Positions 57,301 through 64,000 of a stretch of DNA of 64,000 bases are shown here, in pieces. The first letter of the stretch is position 1; the number at the start of each line of letters is the position of its first letter. The translations under genes and the position numbers were made by a program. The stretch comes from Camelus dromedarius. Taxonomy: Eukaryota. The notes beneath the pieces were generated by a model, which had not been told where the DNA came from, ran no database searches, and worked only from the letters and a program-made list of their open reading frames with translations. The stretch spans positions 66,898,001 to 66,962,000 of the forward strand of contig NC_087449.1 in the NCBI RefSeq assembly GCF_036321535.1. Reading direction: 5' to 3'.

Positions 57301-60300
57301 TGGGTGGGTGTTGGAGGTTTGAAATGAACGGAGAAGATATGAAACGAGGGTGGGACAGTGAGGGGACGGCTGTGGTCACATATATTTAATCTCGTGCAGA
57401 GTCCAGTGGCTTGATCAAGGCCGTAGAGAAGGGAATGGAAACTCTGCGTTACCTAGAGAATGTTCCAGATCCCACAATCAAAAACATTCTTTTTTCATTT
57501 ATTTTCAGCTTTTCTTTTCCTGCAACTTACTCAACCATCACTGTTCATTTTTTTTATGGTCTTTCTTAGGTAGCTTCCCTCTCCCCACTTAGGTGTTGAT
57601 ACGTTCTTGAGTTGTATTTTCACGTAAGACAGACAGTAAACTTAAGATTGTCTCATTTTAAAGATGTTTTTATTTTGCCCTCAGTGATTGATAGTTGAGC
57701 AGAGTGTGGAATTAATAGGTTCAAAAGAAGTTTTCCTCAAAACCTCAAAGAACTTGCTCCATTGTTTTATAGAGCCCAGGGTTGGGCTAGGAATCCTCAC
57801 GCCAGGCTGATTCTTGCTCCTTGTATGACATCTTTATCGTCATGGTGGAGGAACTGCAGGAAGATGTGATCATGGGTGGGTCTCTTCCTTGATCCTCCGT
57901 CATGCCATCTGAAGCCCGCACTTGCTTCTGCCCGGGTCCCGCTCTTCCATTCCTGGGGTTTCTTGGTACTTCTGCTAGAAAGCCGTTGGACATCACCACT
58001 CTGTCTTCCACGTCCATTCAACTCTTTGTGTTTTTCTTGATGCTCTTGGGGATTGTCTTGACTTCATTCCAAATCATCAACCTGTTCTACAGCTGTGGTC
58101 TTCGGTGAATTTTTCTTGTGACAATCACTTTTAAATTTCCGTCCATTTTCTTTTTCTCTGGAGTCTCCTGCACAGGTGATGGCAGCTTGGAAGGAAGTGT
58201 GAGCTATGAAAATAGAGACATGGATGACTTTAGGAAGATAGTTGACAGGACTTATTGAAGGGTTGGATGTGGAGGGTGAGACGAAGGGAGGGGTCACATT
58301 GATCTTTTGTGGCTCACAGCTGTATGGGGCTTACTGTTTAGAATGGAAGAAAGAAAGGTGCATCTGTGCTCACTTGTTCTCAAAGCTTTCCTTGTTATTT
58401 GCAGATTCCGACTTTCCAGATTAACTCGGAATATTTTGCCTTGAGGTCTGTGGGCATTAGAAGAGATAAAAAGAAAAGCGGCCTCCGTGTAACAGAGAGC
58501 GCCTTTTCGGTCATGGAGGAGTTAGTCAGCGTTTCTTGCGGTGAGTAGTGCACGCTGATGAAGTCCAGTGCTTACCCAGCAAAGCCCCGGAGGATTGCTG
58601 TTAATGGTTAGAGTCTAAAGGAGATGGCTGATTTTGGGGTCGCTGTTTGTTTCACCTCCAGAAGAAGCAGATGGCTGCCCTGTCATTCTGGTCTGTGGCT
58701 CTCAAGATGTTGGAAAGTCAACATTTATTAGATACCTGATTAACCAGTTGTTAAACAGGTAAATGTTTTTATTCTTGTTTTGACATGTTACGAGTTTTGG
58801 CAGAAGGTAGGATTTTTATTTCACAAGCTAGGTAGGAACGCATGTTGACTTCTGAGTGGAGATTATGGACAGTTACGCCCAAAGCCACTCAGCTGGCGGG
58901 TGGCGGTCTTGGTTATACTGTGTTTTGAGGTGAAGGGGTGATGCTTTCAGGTGTACCCACCATGCCTGTCTGTGAGCTCTGCAGGGTCATTCTTTGGTCT
59001 CAGAATCCATGTGTCCAAATCCAGAGATTCAGAGTAGGGATAAATTCTGTTGTACTTAACAGGTAAAATTTTAGGAAAGACAAAGTTCTATCCATGTAAT
59101 GAGTGGATACTGTGGCCATGCCGGTCACATTTTCTCTTTACTGTTCTTTTTTTTTATGTTGGTTTGGGGCATTCTACCTAAAAGGCTGCATACAATGGAT
59201 TGTTCCTGTGTATCATGTAAAATCTTTACAATCTGAAATCTGATTTATCCTTTGGATGTAGTAAAAGATGTAGTAAAAGTTAAGATTTTCTTTCTTTCTT
59301 TTAAATTTTCAGTATATCCTGTGTGGACTATTTGGAGTGTGATCTGGGACAGACAGAATTTACCCCTCCAGGTTGCATTTCTTTACTTAATATTACAGAA
59401 CCAGTCCTAGGTATGTATTACATATTTCTTATATGTCTTGGTTTTCTAAAATGCAAAAGTAATGATACTTCCAAAAAACTCAAGGAATACAAAAATATAA
59501 AATGCAAACAATGAACATTCTTTACTACCTCATGATCTTCCCGTAACTGTTCCTCTAGCCTCAAAAGACACCCAGAAACCTCAATGATACCTTACTAAAA
59601 TGGAACTACCATCCATCATGTTTCATAAATTAAAAACACACTTTCCTCTAAGATTAGCCTCTTATGTAACCCTACACAATGACCTAACCAAGAAATTGAT
59701 GTGATACAATACTGCTAACTAATCTATGTTTTATTCAGAGTTCACCAGATGTCCTACTAATACCCTTTTTATGGTTCAGAATCCAAATCAGAATCCCACA
59801 CTGCTTTTTTTAATAAGAAAATATACATAGCATGATATTTATCATTTTAACCATTCATATGTGTACAATTCAGTGGCATTGAATATGGTCGCAGTGGTGT
59901 ATAACCACTGTCTCTCTCCAGACCCTTTTCATTATCCCAAACTGAAATGCTATACTCATCAAACAGTAATGCCCCCACCGGCCCTCCCTCTAGCCCCGTG
60001 GAGCCTCTAACCTGCTTTCTGTCCCTGTGAATTCGCCTGTTCTAGGTACCTTGTATAAGTGAAGTCGTATAGTATTTGTTTGTCTGTATCAGGCTTTTTT
60101 CAGTACACAAAAAGGTTTTTAAAGTCTGTTCATATTGTAGTATATTATACATCAAAGTTTAATTCCTTCTTATGTTATATCCATGAAGTTACCAAATCCG
60201 GTGTCATGAAGATTTTCTGTACTGTTTTCTTATAGTAATTTCATAAGTTTTAGGCCTAACATTTTGGTCCTTGATCCATTTTGAGTTAATTTGTGCGTAT

Positions 60301-63300
60301 AATACAAGGAAAGGGTCCAGCATGTGGATGTCCAGCTCTCCAGTATCCATCTGTTGTCCTGTCCCCATTGAATGTTCTTGGCAGTCTTGCTGAAAATCGT
60401 TTGACCATATATGCAAGATTGTTGGGGTTTTTTTTTTCTGGGATCCTTATTCTATTCCATTGTCTATATGTCTTGGGCCAGTACCACACTTTTAATAACT
60501 GTACCTTTGTAATGAGTTCAGAGTTGGGAAGTGTGAGTCTTCCAGCTTTATTCTTTTTCAAGATTGTTTTGGCCTTTTGGGACCCTTTACAATTCCATAT
60601 GAATTTGAGAATAAGTTTTTCCATTTCTGGGGAAAAGGCTGTTAGAGTTTCGATAGGGATTGTATTGAATGTAGATCGGGTGGTGTTGGCATCCTAATGT
60701 AGTCTTCGTGTCCATGAACACAGGATGTCATTCTAATTTTTTAGGTCTTTAATTTCTTTAAGCAATATTTTACCTCCTTGGTTAGATTTATTCCTATGGA
60801 TTTAATCCTTTTAGTTGTTATTGTAAACAGAATTGTCATTCCAATTTCCTTTGCAGATTGTTCATTGCTGGTGTATCGAAATGTGACTGACGTGTGTTTT
60901 GATCTTGTGCCCTGCAGCTTCCCTGAATTCCTTTATTATCTCCAGTAGTCTTCTTGTAAATTCTTTGGGATTTTCTGTGTATAAGATCATGTCAGCTCTG
61001 AATAGGATTGGTTTTACCTCTTCCTTTCCAGTGTTGATGCCTTTTGTTTCTTGTCCAGTAGCTCTGGCTCGATCCTCTAATGCAATGTTTTGTTTTGTTT
61101 TAATTTTTTAATTTACTTTTTTATTGAAGTATAGTCGATGTACAATGTTGTGTTAATTTCTGGTGTACAGCATAGCGATTCATGTATATATATGGGTATG
61201 TGTATATATACCTTTTCATATTTTTTTATTATAGGCCATTACAAGGTATTGATTATAGTTCCCTGTGCTGTACAGTGGATCCTTGTTTAACGCAATATCG
61301 AGTAGAAGGAAACATCCTTTTCTTGTTCCCGATCTTAGAGGAATGCATTTAGTCCTTTACCATTAAGTAAGGTGTCAGCTGTAGGTTTTTCAGTTCCCCT
61401 TTGTCAGGTTGAAGAAGTTGTCTTCTATTCCTGTTTTATGGAATGTTTTTTATCATGAAAGGATGTTGGATTTCGTCAAACACGTTTTTTGTTTCTGTTG
61501 AGGTAATTGTGTGACTTCTGTTGATTTTTAAAGGAAGCAGATGGTATCGTATTAGGTTGCTGGATATGTTAGGGATTTCACAGATTTCTTGTTAGTAAGA
61601 ATTTTTGAAAACATTTTTTAAACAGTTTTATCAAAAATAATTGTTTAGACTTAGCTCTTTAGCTGGCTTCGTTGTTCTTCTTTTTACATTTTCTCTACGC
61701 TTTCCCCCCCCTTTTTCCCCCTTAATATTTCAGTGGGCATTTCTCAAAACAAGGACGCTTGGCTGCATAATCATAACACCACCACTGGAATCAGGGTAGT
61801 AACACTGCTGCAGTGCGGGCACTCGGTTTTGTCTGTTGTCCCAGTCATCTGGGTAGGCCCAGTGTGTACTCGTTAAGTCTTTAGTTTCCTTCACTCTGGA
61901 GCAGTTCCTCTGGCTTTTCTTATCTTTTGTGACCTTCACAATCTGAGAGTACATTTGTATGTTCACCCATGATTAGGTTTAGAAGTGATGCTTCTCCGAG
62001 TGTCATGTCAACACTGTCAGTTTGTCCGGTCACCAGAGACGTTAGCTTTGATCGATTGGTTAAGATGGTGTTTGCCAGGGTTTTCCACTCTCACTAGGTG
62101 TGCTGGTTTTATTTTCTTCTGAGTGTCATTGCTCCTACATCCCCTCAGTGGACAGACCCCCCCCCCCCCATGGACAGAGTTAGCCAATGTATGTATGTTT
62201 AAACCCACACATGACATGTATGTACATGTATAATGTGTGTGTGCATATATATGTTATATGTACACACATACATATTTTTGTCTCTTTCTGTATCTTTGTA
62301 TTTATTAAGAGCCATGAGTTTGCACCAATCATTCTGATTCTACTCTAGCACCAAGGCTTTAATCTAGTTAGCCTTCCCCTGCCATATTTATGAGTTCCTT
62401 CTCTGATGGTAAGAACCTTGGCTACAGTTATTCCCAGTATAATTCAATCCCTTGACTACACGGGCCACTCCATCAGTTGTGGGCCACCCCGAGTCCCCTG
62501 GCCCCAGCCTTGAGGGGAACCTTGCCAGCTCTATCCCAGCTGGCCTTGCACCAGCCACATTGGTCAAGGTCCTGGCCCTGCCAGCTGTGTTGGCAGCAGT
62601 GTCCTGGTCACCTGCCTGCCATGTATGCTGGCCCTGCCCCCGACCACAGGGCATAGGAAATGGCTCAGGGAGTGTCAGCTCTGGATCGAGACCACCTGAG
62701 TTCCAGCCCAGCTGATACCTGCTAGCTGTGCGACCGTGGTCAGGTTGATCTCTTTCTCAATTTCTTCATCTGTCGAAATGGGGAAAGTAACACACGTACC
62801 CCACAGGTTTTTATGAAAACTGGAGACTCAGAGTAGTACACCTCGGACACAGTAAGTACTGTGTTTCAGCAAGTGATTCCTGTTATTTTTTTTTAACATT
62901 TTTTATTGATTTATAATCATTTTACAATGTTGTGTCAAATTCCAGTGTTCAGAACAATTTTTCAGTCATACGTGGACATATACACACTCATTGTCACATT
63001 TTTTTCTCTGTGAGCTACCATAACATTTTGTGTATATTTGCCTGTGCTATACAGTATAAGCTTGTTTATCTATTCTACAATTTTGAAATCCCAGTCTATC
63101 CCTTCCCACCCTCCGCCCCCCGGCAACCACAAGGATTCCTGTTATTTTTAAGTGCCCTTCAATTAGTGTGCAAGCCCTACAAGGGCAGGGATGTTTGTTC
63201 AGTTCACAGGCATGTTCTAAGTATCTGTAGCATATGTCCAGTAAATGTTGAATGAATGGCCATATTAGGACATGATTGGGGTTAACTGTGCATGTTAATG

Positions 63301-64000
63301 TGCCTAGATTTCTGAAAATGAGAGCACAGCTATTCCTAATGTAGGATGATCTCCGATTTCCTAAGGAGCTTTGCCAGGGAAGACGGCTGAAGCAAAGCCC
63401 TTGCCTCCTCTGAAGTCCTCATGGATTGATTACTCTCAACTCTATCTTCTTAGGACCGCCTTTCACTCACCAGAGGACCCCACAGAAAATGGTATATTAT
63501 GGGAAGCCTTCCTGTAAAAACAACTTTGAGAATTATATTGAGATTATCAAGTACGTGTTCAGCTCCTACAGGAGAGAGTCCCCTCTGATCGTCAACACGA
63601 TGGGCTGGGTGGCAGGTGAGTCTGTGGAGGCACCTTGGCAGGAGGGCCGGACTTTTGGGCATTAGTGCTGGAGCCAGTTTTTAGGAGAGTCTCCTTGTTG
63701 GTCACTTGTTGTCCCAGCTCCTGGTGGGAGTGTGCCATTGCTTGGTGTGCTCACTGCCCCCGTCACCTCCCTCCTCACAGACCAAGGGCTCCTGCTCCTC
63801 ATTGACCTGATCCGGCTGCTTTCACCCAGCCATGTCATTCAGTTCAGCTCTGACCGCAGTAAGTACATGCCGGACCTCACCCCCGACTACGTGGACGACA
63901 TGGATGGCCTGTACACGAGAAGCAAGTCCAAAGTCAGAAACAGAGGTTTCTACCTGCCAGAATTTGCTGACAATTCTGAATTTGCTGATGAAGAAAAGGA
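53827..64000 (+). CDS. NOL9: Polynucleotide 5'-hydroxyl-kinase NOL9, 5' part; exons 53827-54198, 54982-55198, 55579-55706, 58405-58540, 58662-58758, 59313-59410, 63454-63615, 63781-(>64000)
   Basis: MADSVLLLKRG...RPRRRL...RRRLRRRLLQAQAAG (basic nucleolar signal); Clp1/Grc3-type P-loop CGSQDVGKST; DYLECDLGQTEF; IVNTMGWV. All sites GT-AG and in phase. Runs off the window. Confidence 0.95.
55250..55420. mobile_element. MIR fragment
   Basis: atttaaatcctcacc...ccattttacagatgagaaaagttgcccaaggccacacaac. Confidence 0.65.
55976..56104 (-). mobile_element. tRNA-Ala-derived camelid SINE (Vic-1-like) in NOL9 intron 3
   Basis: GGGGAGGGTATAGCTCAGTGGTAGAGTGTGTGCTTAGCATGCACAAGGTCCTGGGTTCAATCCCCAG on minus, with the aataaataacctaattacc tail shared with other copies. 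Confidence 0.88.
56330..57300 (-). mobile_element. LINE-2 fragment in NOL9 intron 3
   Basis: ggatgtgaggtgtgagg...gagttgccatgaactgagat...aaggtgcctgttggacattcc...gtgatcaggaagcc. Confidence 0.65.
59560..62400 (-). mobile_element. Nested L1 block in NOL9 intron 6: L1MC-like host (~59560-59810 and ~61700-62400) interrupted by L1MB-like (~59810-61650), itself interrupted by a younger L1 3' end (~61090-61290)
   Basis: Characteristic 3'UTR and ORF2-end phrases in antisense (gatacaatactgctaactaatc; tttaaccattcatatgtgtacaattcagtggc; ttgaagtatagtcgatgtacaatgttgtg). Boundaries approximate. Confidence 0.7.
62680..62870. mobile_element. MIR fragment
   Basis: gagttccagcccagctgatacctgctagctgtgcgacc...caatttcttcatctgtcgaaatggg. 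Confidence 0.65.
62891..63133 (-). mobile_element. Young 5'-truncated camelid-type L1 3' end with perfect 16-bp TSD
   Basis: GATTCCTGTTATTTTT at 62875-62890 and 63134-63149 flanks poly-T plus L1 3'UTR. Confidence 0.88.

Noticed and set aside
60204-60697. ORFs with L1 ORF2-like wording (MEKLILKFIWNCKG..., WSNDFQQDCQEHSMG...)
   Set aside because: Frameshifted, stop-riddled remnants of an old L1; not a host gene or active element.
1-64000. CRISPR arrays, operons or prokaryotic defence systems; non-canonical (GC-AG, U12) introns
   Set aside because: The sequence is mammalian with spliced genes and SINE/LINE content, with no repeat-spacer arrays. All visible splice sites are GT-AG.

Overview
Mammalian gene-dense, GC-rich window collinear with human 1p36.31. 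It is probably from a camelid, judged from four tRNA-Ala-derived SINEs of the Vic-1 type. In order it holds: the last two coding exons of DNAJC11 (+), THAP3 (-, 239 aa), PHF13 (-, 300 aa), KLHL21 (+, 597 aa), ZBTB48/TZAP (-, ~688 aa), an intact TAS1R1 umami receptor gene (-, 839 aa) and the first eight exons of NOL9 (+, cut by the window end). I built the exon structures by hand from GT-AG sites and reading-frame continuity, and compared them with human orthologues from memory. Three N-runs are present; two hide zinc-finger coding sequence (the PHF13 PHD finger and ZBTB48 ZF1). I found no new gene family or novel multi-gene system. The best leads are regulatory. (1) A ~120-bp inverted repeat brackets TAS1R1 exon 2, and its mismatches are skewed toward G-U pairing in the pre-mRNA. 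(2) A duplicated TAS1R1 exon-5 donor would add an immediate stop codon. (3) A TATA/Inr/donor unit in KLHL21 intron 1 predicts a BTB-less kelch-only isoform. (4) An octamer cluster lies in the shared TAS1R1/NOL9 promoter. (5) TAS1R1 ligand-site residues predict a mouse-like, non-glutamate-tuned receptor.
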